From assembly GCA_009914755.4 (NCBI GenBank), contig CP068257.2:14368001-14432000 (forward strand): a DNA stretch of 64,000 nt, written 5' to 3'. Under the pieces are notes generated by a model. The model was not told where the DNA came from. It did no database searches and saw only the letters and a program-made list of their open reading frames with translations. The DNA is from the human T2T-CHM13v2.0 reference genome, Homo sapiens. A program made the position numbers and the translations under genes. Positions 31,471 to 43,544 of this stretch are shown here, piece by piece (position 1 is the stretch's first letter; each line of letters opens with the position of its first letter).

Positions 31471-33634
31471 CAGTGCAGTCTGAAAGATGTGTACCCCCTC
31501 CACACCTGCCAAACCCTTGGAAGGTTGGTGGGAAGGCTGGATGACTGTCTCTCCCAGGTCCTATGTAACATTCTTGTTTTATTCCTCCGAGTTTGTGAGG
31601 GGTATTAGCGGAATTTGATAAAATTATCTCCACTTATTTACCATAAAATTAAAGTACGTTCTTGCGAAAAGGAGTTGTGTTGCAGCTTATGTTTTGTCAG
31701 TTGGATTCAAATTGTGTTGTATCCGATAATTTTTTTTTAAGTTTGTGACATGTGGTTTTAATATTATACTTTCCTAAATCCAGGATTGAAGGAGTTTCCC
31801 TTTCTCTTCTAGCTTCTATTTGATCTTTTTGGTTCATTTTTAGCGTAGAGTTTGTAAGTCGGGTTCTTACATTTCTCTTATTCCCAGAATTTCATTTCAT
31901 GAATTGCGTGGACAACTTTCTGAAACTTTTGTAGCATGACATGTCTGGATAATGACTTAACTTACCTCAAATATCTTATTGGTGTTCTTATTTTATAATG
32001 TCCTTTTTGTGACACAGTTTGTCTTGCCTTAATTGCTTATTACTACTTAATTGCCATTACTACTAATTGTCCAAATGAATAAGAATGAGAAATGAAAATG
32101 AAAAATAAATGAGAAAAAGACATGTGAAATCTCTTCATTCCCATACTCTTATCAGCAAAACAATGTTTCAGGGTTATCTGTTCCCCAACATGGAATTCTT
32201 CCTAATTCCCTTTCTGTCAGGCTGAGATTATTTCTTGTGCACATAATTCCTCCTGTGGTCTCATTATTGCTGCAAAATATTTTAAAATATATGTTTCATA
32301 GCCTGAAGTATTAGGGAAGTGTCAACCAAACTGCTCCTGGGAAATAAAATGAAGTATATTTGATTTTAAATACTCTTTTTTAAAAACTCTTGCTTGTTCT
32401 CAAGCTCTAGTTAGTTGAAATCAGTGTATAGGCAAAACTAACTTTTTTTGGTCTGTTTTGAAAACCACTGTCTTTTTAGAATACAACATCATGTAATTCT
32501 GTAGGTTTAAGAAAGATTAAGTATAACATAGCATTTGTATCTTTATATAACTAAATTCTAATTATTAATACTAAAGAATGGGGTTGAGGAGATTTCATTA
32601 AGATGAGTCAAAACTTACTCCTATTTTTGTGTTGTTGTTATTGCTTTTGTTTTTGTTTTGTGTAACTTTATCAACCAACAGTATGCACCAACCTCCTTTT
32701 GGCAAAACAGTGAACATTATATCTCTCTTAAATGATAGTGCTTTATTATTTGAACTTTTTTCAAAAGACAACGTTATTTTAACATGACGTAACTTAATAT
32801 TACTGGAGAGTTTTCATTTTTAGCAGTTTCAGAGCGCTTTATGTTAGGGTTTTATTAATTCCCATAACACATTTATAAAGAAAGCCTTGGAAACAGCCCT
32901 TCACCAAGAAACGGTTACCATTCAGGGCTTGCTTCTGTGAGAAAACACCTCACCGAGAGTCTGAAATGACCAGCATTTAGCACCAATAGCCTCACTCCCC
33001 TCTCCCACAGTAATTATTTATGGATGAGCACTTAATGTCAGTATGGCTCACAAATTTGGGGTGAGGTTCTAGAGTTGCTGTCTCACAAAATCTTACATTT
33101 TCTCATTCTTTGCAATAGTTTTGCTATATTTTCTGCAATTGTTCCTATAATTTCTGCAATTTTGTTCCTTGTATTCTTATATGTTTTTTAAAATTTAGTT
33201 TGTGTAGGATTTTTTTCTTTCCAAACCAAGTGGTTTCTGACAAAGACAACCTCAAACTCGGGTAAGAAATCATGTGTTGTATTCCCAGCCCTGTCATAAA
33301 TTTGCAATAATCTTGCCATAAAGAACTAGGTTTTTCTTGTCTCTCCTCCCCAAGTATTATTCATAACTCTACAGCGTTATTTCATCTATATACTCTAATT
33401 TTTTGATCATCTGTCTTCCTTAGAAGAAGCGATTATTTTATTTTTATCACCTTGATATCTTCAGCATCTACTATTGTGGTTGGCTCAATAATGTGTGCTT
33501 GATAACTTTTTGTTGATCAAGAAACAAACCACTGACTATTTGGAGTACAAGTCACTTTATAATTCTTGGATGCAGTTTGCTTAGAAGGAATCAGAATAGA
33601 GAATTTCTAAAGTTTCAACTACTAAAATTTTACC

Positions 33635-33930
<296 letters not shown>

Positions 33931-34256
33931 TACCATTGATCTCTAGTTTCCTGTGGTTGACATGGACATTTTTGGTTTTCCTTTTCTGTCTTGGATGTTG
34001 TTTTCTGCAGCTAGCCCTTTCTTGTCTTTTGCATGTATTAGGAAACAAAGTCTAGCTTTTTGGATATTCTTTTCTTTGTTTCTGTCTCTCCACATATATT
34101 TATTTTTAGAGGCAGTGTCTATGTTTGGGCTTCTATAACAAAATGCCATAAACTGGATGGCTCATAAACAACAGTTTTTATTACTCACTGTTCTGGAGAC
34201 TGGACGTTTAAGATCGAGGCATTGACAGGGTTGGTGTTTGAAATGTTTCAGCATGC

Positions 34257-34485
34257 AGTGCTAAGGTTTAAGAATTCAGTGCTTCCTTTTAAAGAGTCAC
34301 ATTGGTTTGCAATTAAGTATTAGGAAATGAAGTTCTAATACTGCTTTGATGTAAGCTAGTGTGCTTGGCAATTTCTAAATACATTAAAATTGATTTCAGC
34401 AAGATGATAAAGATTTGTAGAAAAAGGCAATTATGTTTGCAGTGTCACAAATATCTTTTTATTATCCTTTTAGTCATTTCTCCTG
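34257..34485 (+). repeat. Copy A of a local direct duplication (second copy at 35001-35246)
   Basis: Copy A reads agtgctaaggtttaagaattcagtgcttccttttaaagagtcacattggtttgcaattaagtattaggaaatgaagttctaatactgctttgatgtaagctagtgtgcttggcaatttctaaata...tttgtagaaaaaggcaattatgtttgcagtgtcacaaatatctttttattatccttttagtcatttctc. It recurs about 744 bp downstream at roughly 80% identity. Confidence 0.7.
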
Positions 34486-34529
34486 AGTGACTAAACGCAT
34501 TTCTCCTGAGTGACTCAACGCATTGGTTG

Positions 34530-34750
34530 AGTTGGTGTTTGGTGAGGGCCCTTTTCCTGGTTCGTAGGTGGGACCTCTGTGAAAGCTCTTATAGGAGCTT
34601 TCTGGGGCCCCTTTATTAGGGCACTAATCCCAGTCATGAGGGCTCCACCCTCAGAATATAATCACCTCCCTAAAGCCCTACCTCCTAATGCCCTCCCACT
34701 GGGGATTAGGTTTCAACATATGGACTTGAGGAGGACATGTTCTATCTACA
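34530..34750 (-). mobile_element. MaLR (MST/THE1-type) LTR fragment, antisense
   Basis: The sequence ctcttataggagctttctggggcccctttattagggcactaatcccagtcatgagggctccaccctcagaatataatcacctccctaaagccctacctcctaatgccctcccactggggattaggtttcaacatatggacttgaggaggacat is the reverse complement of the MST 5' region (tgagggtggggccctcatgatgggattagtgcccttataagaag). Confidence 0.55.
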
Positions 34751-35000
34751 TAGCAGGTGATTTTTAAAAAATGCTATAGAGGTCCTACCTTTAAAAGAAT
34801 TTAATAAGACCGTTATTTTATAGGTGATTAATACGTGAGATACAAAAATGTAAAAACACTCATGTACTCATCCCCCAGTTTCCACAATTATCAACACGTG
34901 GCTGATTGGACTTCATCTCTACTTTACTCAATCCCCCAGCCCTGCTGGGTAATTTAAAAGCAAATATTAAACATCCTATCAATTAATCTGTAAATATTTT

Positions 35001-35246
35001 AGTGTGCAACTCTAAGGTTTAAGAATTCAGTGCTTCTCTTTAAAGAATAAAATTGGTTTGTAATAATTTAAGTATTAAAAATGAATTTCTGATATTGCTT
35101 TGTTGTAAACTAGCGTGCTTAGCAATTTCTAAATAGAAAAAAACTAAAATATAATTGAGTTTAGCAAAGTGACAAATATTTGTAGAAAAAGGCAATTATA
35201 GCTAAAGTGTAGCAAATATCTTTTTGTTATCCTTTTAGTCACTTCT
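35001..35246 (+). repeat. Copy B of the local direct duplication
   Basis: Copy B reads agtgtgcaactctaaggtttaagaattcagtgcttctctttaaagaataaaattggtttgtaataatttaagtattaaaaatgaatttctgatattgctttgttgtaaactagcgtgcttagcaatttctaaata...tttgtagaaaaaggcaattatagctaaagtgtagcaaatatctttttgttatccttttagtcacttctc. Confidence 0.7.
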
Positions 35247-37084
35247 CAGTTTCTAGTCTCTTTTTTCAGTGCTTGGCTAAGATCAGTAGAGAACTGCAAC
35301 TCCTCTCAAATGCTATGCATTCCATCCTAGTGGTCTGAGATAATTCTCCAAAAGTTACATCAAACCTTAAACTTTATAGCAAATCTTACTCCTACATAAT
35401 AACATGGATTCATGTTACACTGAGCATAGTCCCTAAGTATTACCCTGGGAAGTCTTCATCCAGCTGTTTCAAATTATTTTCATTTCATACGTCATGTTAA
35501 TAGCAGGGAGGAGACTATTGCTAATGGTTTTTTCTTGGAAATTAATCTGTCAACCTGGTGAAAGTATAATGTTTCAGCAGATAAGAAGGGACCCTTCAGT
35601 TTAACATCCTAAGCATATTAATACACTTAGCAAAAGCATAGCAAGATTAAGTAATCGATTAGAATTTCCATTAAGAATGCGGAAAGAGCACATAGAGCGG
35701 GGGATTAACAGCCCTTCAATGTGATGTAGTCATAAAATGTTTAAAAAATACATTTAGATTTTAGGTAGTGATGGTTGAATTCTAATGATGTGCCTTGGGC
35801 CTGGGGGTAGATGTATATAGGCAGTGTAGTGGCCAGAATTTAATGTAATATTTTATGATGTAATATGCTATACTGAGCCCGCATTTGTGGTGTTGGAATG
35901 GGGGGAGATTTTTCCGGTGAGCCATGTATAAAATAAGCTTATGATTTCTCTGATGGTAGTCACTCAAAGGATTTTCAAAAGTTGTTTTATGACTTTGTAA
36001 TTGAATAAGGGTGCCCAGGATTCACAATGTTTTTTATTAATGAGTTAGGAGAAATCTTCCATTGTGCGAAAACACAGATTTTAATCACAGGTACAGATTG
36101 TTATAGAATCAAAGACAAAGAATGTAATGGTGTATCAGTCCTGGAATGTATAACCTCAAACAGATTGCAATATTTCTCTGCCTTTGGCTGTTAATGTACT
36201 GCTTTCTCCAGCATTGAATATGCCAGATACTTGTTTTTCACTTCTCATCCAATAATTTATTTCATATCCTTTTTAATTCACTCGTCTTTTCACTCTTAAT
36301 GCAACTCTCACACTGTAGCATAAACTTAAAGCTGCCATAAATTACTTTCAATTTTGCATATATATTTTTCATAATTTTAATAGCTTGTGAATAGACTCTA
36401 AGTCAGATACTTATAACATTAGAGTTCAGCAGAGGTGAGCTAATTTTTCTCTTGTGATATATGGATAGATCTCCAGTACAGATAATGGTTATATTTCTAT
36501 CTTTTATCTCTATCTGTAGCAACAGATACTCCCTCCAGATATTTTTCACTGTATACCTCAAAAACTTATTATATTTTTGGATTATTAGGCCTCCTACTGT
36601 AAAGGAGTATAAAATAGAGAAATCTTATTGTACTGAGAAAGAGGCAGATCTTAAATGTCAGAAGGGAAGATGTCATTACTCTTTCCCATCCTTAGGTACC
36701 AAAAGCGGATGCTTATTAATAGATAAAAAGTAGAGTGTTCCTAATACATATTAAGAATTAGGCAAATAAAAATGAAAATTGTTTTCCCACTTACACAGTA
36801 ATTCCACTTCAGAGAATCTAAGGAAAACAGATAAGGGAGAAAAATTGAAGCACAGGATAAGTTAATTACAGAATTTTTATGATAGCACAGAATGAAAATG
36901 TCCTAAATGTTTCATTAAAAGTATTAATAAATGGTTCAGTAATGACAAGTAAATTTTGGAACACATATTCAATTTGCTATAGAGGTATATATTAATTACT
37001 CATTTAAAATGACAAGAAAAGTTATGTAATTTTATGGAAATTGCTAAAGATGGGATAATTACTATTATAGAAAACATCCACAAG

Positions 37085-39275
37085 ACCTTAGACAAGCAAA
37101 ACAAAAATATGTTGATAAAGACTCAAATCTAAAACCTCAATCTATGAAACTACTACAAGAAAACATTGGGGAAAATCTCCAGGGCATTGGTCTGGGCAAA
37201 GATTTCTTGAGCAATACCCCACAAACACAGACAACCAAAGCAAAAATGGACAAACAGGATTACATCAAGTTTAAAAGCTTTTGCACAGCAAAGAAAACAA
37301 TCAACAAACTGAAGAGACAACCTACAGAGTGGGATAAAATATTTGCAAGTTGCCCATCTAGCAAAGGACTAATGACCAGAACATATAAGGAGCTCAAACA
37401 ACTCTATAGGAAAAAATCTAAAAATTCAATCAAAAAGTGGACAAAAAATTTGAACAGACATTTCTCAAAAGAAGACATACAAATGGCAAACAGGCGTATG
37501 AAAAGGTGCTCAACATCATTGATAATCAGAGAAATGCAAATCAGTACTACAATGAGACATTATCTCACCCCGTTAATATGGCTAATATCCAAAAGGCAAC
37601 AACAAATGCTAATATCCAAAAGGCAATAACAAACGCTATTATCCAAAAGGTAATAACAAACGCTTATATCCAAAAGGCAATAACAAACGCTAATATCCAA
37701 AAGGCAATAACAAACGCTAATATCCAAAAGGTAATAACAAACGCTTATACCCAAAAGGCAATAACAAACGCTAATATCCAAAAGGCAATAACAAACGCTA
37801 ATATCCAAAAGGTAATAACAAAAGCTTATATCCAAAAGGCAATTACAAACGCTAATATCCAAAAGGCAGTAACAAACGCTTATATCCAAAAGGCAATAAC
37901 AAATGCTAATATCCAAAAGGCAATAACAAACGCTTATATCCAAAAGGCAGTAACAAACGCTTATATCCAAAAGGCAATAACAAATGCTAATATCCAAAAG
38001 GTAATAACAAACGCTTATATCCAAAAGGCAATAACAAACGCTAATATCCAAAAGGCAACAACAAACGCTTATATCCAAAAGGCAATAACAAACGCTAATA
38101 TCCAAAAGGTAATAACAAACACTTATATCCAAAAGGCAGTAACAAACGCTAATATCCAAAAGGCAATAACAAACGCTTATATCCAAAAGGCAATAACAAA
38201 CGCTTATATCCAAAAGGCAGTAACAAATGCCTGTATCCAAAAGGTAATAACAAATGCTTATATTCAAAAGGCAATAACAAACGCTTATATCCAAAAGGCA
38301 ATAACAAACGCTTGTATCCAAAAGGCAATAACACATGCTTATATCCAAAAGACAATAACAAACGCTTATATCCAAAAGGCAATAACAAATGCCTGTATCC
38401 AAAAGGTAATAACAAACGCTTATATCCAAAAGGTAATAACAAATACTTGTGAGGATGTGGAGGAAAGAAAACCTTTGTACACTGTTGGTGAGAATGTAAA
38501 TTAGTACAACCACTATTGAGAAGAGTTTGGAGGTTCCTCAACAAATCTAAAAATTGAGCTACCATATAATTCAGCAATCCCACTGCTGGGTATATATCCA
38601 AAAGAAAGGAAATCAGTATATCGAAGAGACACTGTACTCCTACATTTGTTGCAGCACTGTTTACAATAGCTAAGATTTGGAGGCAACCTAAGTGTCCATC
38701 AACCGATACATGGATAAAAAAAATGTGGTACATATACACAGTGGAGTACTATTTAGCCATAAAAAAGAATGAGATCCAGTCATTTGCAACAATAACATGG
38801 ATGGAACTGGAGATCATTATGTTAAGTAAAAAAAGCCAGGCATAGAAAGACAAACATTGCATGTTCTCACTTATTTATGGGATCTAAAAAAGCAATTGAA
38901 TTCATGGACATAGAGAGTAGAAGGATGGTTACCAAAGGGTGGCAAAGCTACTGGGGGTTGGTATAGTTAATAGCTACAGAAAAGAAGTACTTAGAAAGAA
39001 TGAATAAGGCCTACTATTTGATAGCATAATAGGTTGACGATAGTCAATTACGACTTAATTTTACATTTTATAATAACTTAAAGACTAAAATTGGATTGTT
39101 CTTAACTCAAAGAATAAATGCTTGTGGGATGTATTATTACCCCAATGCTATTATTACCATTTTCCATGATGTGCTTATTTCACATTCCATACCTGTATCA
39201 AACATCTCATGTACCCTATAAACATATACATCTACTCTGTACCCACAAAAATTTAAAAAATATGTATTGAAAAAA
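37085..39275 (+). mobile_element. Older L1 (L1PB/L1MA-like) 3' fragment, sense, carrying an internal 27-bp VNTR
   Basis: ORF 37144-37629 translates to an L1 ORF2p C-terminal region: ...LQENIGENLQGIGLGKDFLSNTPQ...[25 protein letters not shown]...[46 protein letters not shown]. Downstream of the VNTR the L1 resumes (cttgtgaggatgtggaggaaagaaaacctttgtacactgttggtgagaatgtaaattagtacaaccactattgagaagagtttggaggttcctcaa...aatcccactgctgggtatatatccaaaag...gtggtacatatacacagtggagtactatttagccataaaaaagaatgagatc) and runs through the 3' UTR to an A-rich end near 39275. Confidence 0.8.
37578..38447. repeat. Minisatellite / VNTR: about 32 tandem copies of a 27-bp unit (consensus gctAatatccaaaaggcaataacaaac), derived from L1 ORF2 sequence
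   Basis: The period is 27 bp, measured by the recurrence of gctaatatcc. Variant units show a/t at one position (gctaatatcc / gcttatatcc) and c/t (ggcaataac / ggtaataac / ggcagtaac). All six frames stay largely open across the array, giving the 9-aa repeats ITNANIQKA etc. in the ORF track. The unit matches the L1 ORF2 segment GCTATAATCAAAAAGACAGACAATAACAAGTG at the homologous position. Confidence 0.92.
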
Positions 39276-40131
39276 TTTTTTAAGCATTTATAGTGGTTGC
39301 ATTTGGTGATAATACAATGGTGGTTTATTTCTCCTATTTGCTGTGTTTTCTCAGTTTTTGATTACACAGATGCAGCACCACTACTTAAACCATGTCTTGG
39401 GAAAGGTTAAACAACTTAATGTAAGTTAGTGACATCCTGTAAGCTTAATTCAATTTATGTGACCTAAAACAGCATTCTGCTATGAGAAAGAAATGTAATT
39501 AATTATTTTGAGATATATGTTGTAGCTATTATACAGTAATAAAATGTTAGTGAGAGAAGCTAGGTGTGGTGGGATACACTTATTTATTGTAAAATTCCTT
39601 CAACTTTATTGAAAGCTTGAAATATTTTATGATACAATGTTAGGGAGGAACAACAAAAATATGCTCTGAGTTTCTGACAACCACCTTACAGTTAAGCTTT
39701 CAGAGCATCATTTCTACGCAAGTCGGAGGCAGTCAGTATAAGGTCCATTATTCATTCGTAATTCTGTTTTTCCTGGTATAATCTAATTAGATGTGACATA
39801 GTCAAATATTGGGGGTTATACAAATTGATCTGTTAATATGTAATTTTTTTCTTGTGCTTATGGCCATTTTTACTCTAAGTTTGATTCTATGGGTTAACTA
39901 TAATATTTTATTACTCATTCTCCTAAATATTATCTCTTCTATTATCTGCCCTTAAAATTTCTTAATATGTTGATGTAATATTTGAATAATTTATTTATAG
40001 GGAAACAAAAGTACATTTTTCATAAATAATATTACTATGTATATAGTAATAGAAGTCTATGTATTCACATGTATGTAATATATATTTTTTCCTTACCACA
40101 GTGCTGTTTTATATTTTTAAATAACCTAAAG

Positions 40132-40272
40132 TTTTTTTTTCTTTTTTTTTTCTTTATTATTATTATACTTTAAGTTTTAGGGTACATGTGCACAATGTGC
40201 AGGTTAGTTACATATGTATACATGTGCCATGCTGGTGCGCTGCACCCACTAACTCATCATCTAGCATATGTA
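40132..40272 (-). mobile_element. Short L1PA-like 3'-UTR stub (3'-terminal ~115 bp plus A-tail), antisense
   Basis: A poly-T/tc-rich tract at 40132-40157 is followed by ctttattattattatactttaagttttagggtacatgtgcacaatgtgcaggttagttacatatgtatacatgtgccatgctggtgcgctgcacccactaactcatcatctagcat. This is nearly identical to the L1 3' end seen at 2101-2330. Confidence 0.85.
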
Positions 40273-41567
40273 ATATATTATGTGTTATATAGTTATACAA
40301 TTAAACATTATTAAGAAGATGGTAACCAGCTGTTCTCCTTCTTCAGTGATGCAACAGAGCTAGAATGAATGGGGCTGGGAAAAATATAAAGCAGAAAGAA
40401 TTTCATTATGCACATGTATTTAATTTGGGAACAATACATGTTTCAGTGAAATGATTGTGTGTATGTATATGTATAATATAGGAATATAGAAATAATTGCC
40501 TTGAGAAGGTCTATTTGAAAATGCATATGTACTAAGTTAACCTAAAATATAAAAATTTTCTTTTTATGAGCTCATGAACTGTAAAAGGCTACAGGCAATA
40601 TATATTTATTATCCTGCTATCAGGATATTAATAAGATAAAATATAGATCACTTCAGGTGTGTGTTTCCTTTGTAAATTTTTAAATTTTAGCATTTTTTAA
40701 AGCACATGGATTAAAAAGGTGAATTAAGCTAATTTCATCAAGGAGACAGAAGATCTATGCAAAGCCTCCTAGAGTAGTCTTTCTGAACTGACATTTTTCT
40801 TTGGTCAATATTTGCTGCTAACTTTTAGATCAATCCTTTGAAATTATACATTTGTTGGGATTTTTCTTTGGTCAACATAGTGACAGGAAATGAACCAATG
40901 ATATAAATTTATGTTTAACTTTCCTAAATTCAACTTTATCTAGAGACTTCCTTTTGGTTCCTTGCTTATAAACATATCCCCTTGAAGTTATTTACAGTTT
41001 AACTATCATTATGATAAAAATCCTTCTACTTATCAAAAAATATTTTATATATACAGAGCTAATGAAATATATCGCCTCTGTGTGTACAAAATATGAAAGT
41101 TAATATGTAATGCAAAATATATTTCTGTTAACATTAAATCAGATTACAAGTAATAGAAAAATCCAAATAGTGGTGATTTAAACAAGACAGAATTGTATTT
41201 CTTCCTCAAATTTATGAAGCAGAGAGATAATTTCAGGCTCGTTTTGGTGTTCAAAAGACACTGAAATTCCTTTCATCTTGTTCTGTTATATATGGTTTCC
41301 ACTGTAAAGGTTAACTCTTAATCCAAGATAACTGCTGAAGTTCCAGCCATTGCATCTGCATTTCAGCCATCAGGATGGAAGAAGGCAGAAGGGCATGCCC
41401 CTTTTATTTTAAGGCACACTTCCTGAAATTTTTACAGAACACCTCAGTTTATATTTTATTAGCCAGAAGTTAGTCACATAGTCACACGTAGCTATACAAT
41501 AGACTGTCAAATGTAGTCTTTATTTCATCTGGCTATGCACCAACCTGAAAATCATGGTTACCTCACT

Positions 41568-42007
41568 GTGGTAGACAAAACAGTAGCCTCCCAAAGATGT
41601 CCATGTCTTAATAATTTTACAGAGCAAGAGAGACTTTGCTAATGTGATTATATTAAGAATCTTGAGACAAGAAGATTATCCTGGATTGCACAGAAGGCCC
41701 AGTATAATCACCAGGGTCTTTAAAAGAGTGAAGTTCAGAGGAGATGGGATGATGGAAGCAGAGATTGGAGTGAAGTGTGTGAAGATGGAGAAGGACGTAA
41801 AAACCTAAAGAATGCAGGTGACCTCTAGAAGCTGGAAAAGAAAAGGAAACAGATTCTTCCTGAAAGTCTTTGGAAGGAACCAGTCCTACAAACACTTTAA
41901 TTTTAGTTCTTTAAGATGCATTTAGATTTTCAACTACCAGAATTGCAAGAGAATAAATGTGTATTACTTTTAGCCACCAAATTTGTACTAAATTTCTATA
42001 GGAACAG
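41568..42007 (+). mobile_element. MLT1-type MaLR solo LTR, sense
   Basis: The sequence tgtggtagacaaaacagtagcctcccaaagatgtccatgtcttaat...ggtgacctctagaagctggaaaagaaaaggaaacagattcttcctgaaagtctttggaaggaaccagtcctacaaacactttaattttagttc...gaataaatgtgtattacttttagccaccaaatttgtactaaatttctataggaacag matches the MLT1 consensus (TGTGGTAGGCAGAATAATGGCCCCCAAAGATGTCCACGTCCTAATCC...GCCTCTAGAAGCTGGAAAAGGCAAGGAAACGGATTCTCCCCTAGAGCCTCCAGAAGGAAC...TGTAAGATAATAAATTTGTGTTGTTTTAAGCCACTAAGTTTGTGGTAATTTGTTACAGCAGC...TAATACA). Confidence 0.6.
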
Positions 42008-42029
42008 AAGAAAATAAATATACTTATGA

Positions 42030-42408
<379 letters not shown>

Positions 42409-43019
42409 TACTCTACCATACATTTTCAGTGGCATATCCATAATTTTGGTCCTTGAATCTATCTATAGTTTTTTCATATTTGGATTCAGCAGTCAAGTGT
42501 CATTGGCAAGTGGGTAAGAACTCTAAACAGGCTGCCTAAGTACATAGGGCTCAGTTTAAGCACTTGGTAATTGAGAACATCTATTACACAGCCACCAGTA
42601 CTGTGGGAGAAGGCCTCCCTCAAGTGCTTTGTCTAGTATTTGCATGCATATTCCCTCAATCCTAGCATACAACAATCAAGTAGTAAGGCCTGGAATTGAG
42701 GCCAGAGAGAAAGAGAGAACAAAAAACCTGGGTGTGTTGAGGAGGAGGTCCCAGAGAGTGGCCTGTCTCTATTTGATGTCCTGGTCCTTTCTCTTAGTGC
42801 CTGGTAGTCTGTCTCCTAGGTCTCCCCATCTGTCTGAGTTCACCCTCCATTGCCACTTCTCAGGTTGATGATTTCTGTCTGATTATCTCACCACTCATGC
42901 TGATCACTGCTTTCTAAAGGGGATTTTGGTGTTGTTCTTGACCCTAGATTATTCTTCAACTCAAGTTTTATACATTGGCTGAGTATTAATTTTCTTTTGT
43001 TAATTTGAGACTTGCCCTC

Positions 43020-43544
43020 TGTAGTAGATAGAATAACGTTCCCCCAAAGATGTCCATGTTCTAATCCCCAGAACCTGGAAGTATGTTGCATTATGTGGCA
43101 AAGGAGATTTAGAATTGCATATACAATTAAGGATGCTAATCAGCATATGCTGAGATTACCTTGGATTTTATCTGAGTGGGCCCATTGTAATCACAAAGCC
43201 TTAAAAATAGAAGAGGGAGGTGGAAGGTTTCAGCATATGAGGGAGATATAACTAGAGAAGAACGATCTGTGAGATGCAACACTCCTGGGTTTGAATCTGG
43301 AGGAAGAGGCCACCAGCCAGGGCATGTGGGTGCCCTCTAGAATGTGGAAAAGACAAGGAAACAAATTCTTCCTTAGAGCCTCCAGAAGAAACACAGCACT
43401 GCCAACACTTTGATATTAGCTCACAAAAACCCATTTTGAACTTCTCACTTCCAAAACTGTGAGATGATAAATTTGGCTTGTTTTAAGCCAATAAATTTGC
43501 AAACATTTGTTACAGCAGCAATGGGAAACTAATGATATATCCGC
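43020..43544 (+). mobile_element. MLT1-type MaLR solo LTR, sense (a different subfamily, or more complete, than the copy at 41568)
   Basis: The sequence tgtagtagatagaataacgttcccccaaagatgtccatgttctaatccccagaacctggaagtatgttgcattatgtggcaaaggagatttagaattgcatatacaattaaggatgctaatcag...ttaccttggattttatctgagtgggcccattgtaatcacaaagcc...aggccaccagccagggcatgtgggtgccctctagaatgtggaaaagacaaggaaacaaattcttccttagagcctccagaagaaacacagcactgccaacactttgatattagctcacaaaaacccattttgaacttctcacttccaaaactgtgagatgataaatttggcttgttttaagccaataaatttgcaaacatttgttacagcagcaatgggaaactaatga follows the MLT1 consensus closely. Confidence 0.7.

Noticed and set aside
37578-38447. A regularly spaced repeat array superficially resembling a CRISPR array, as the task prompt suggests looking for
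   Set aside because: The units are contiguous with no unique spacers, and the period is 27 bp of L1-derived sequence. The window is clearly primate genomic DNA (Alu, L1, MaLR), so prokaryotic defence-system interpretations do not apply anywhere in this window.
37437-38739. Three long ORFs (355 aa on the plus strand, 317 aa and 196 aa on the minus strand) with striking 9-residue periodic protein sequences (ITNANIQKA..., LLDISVCYC..., LLLPFGYKR...)
   Set aside because: They exist only because the 27-bp tandem unit (a multiple of 3) lacks stop codons in those frames. The sequence is a VNTR inside an L1 fragment. There is no start context, no codon-usage signal, and the same DNA is 'coding' in several frames at once.
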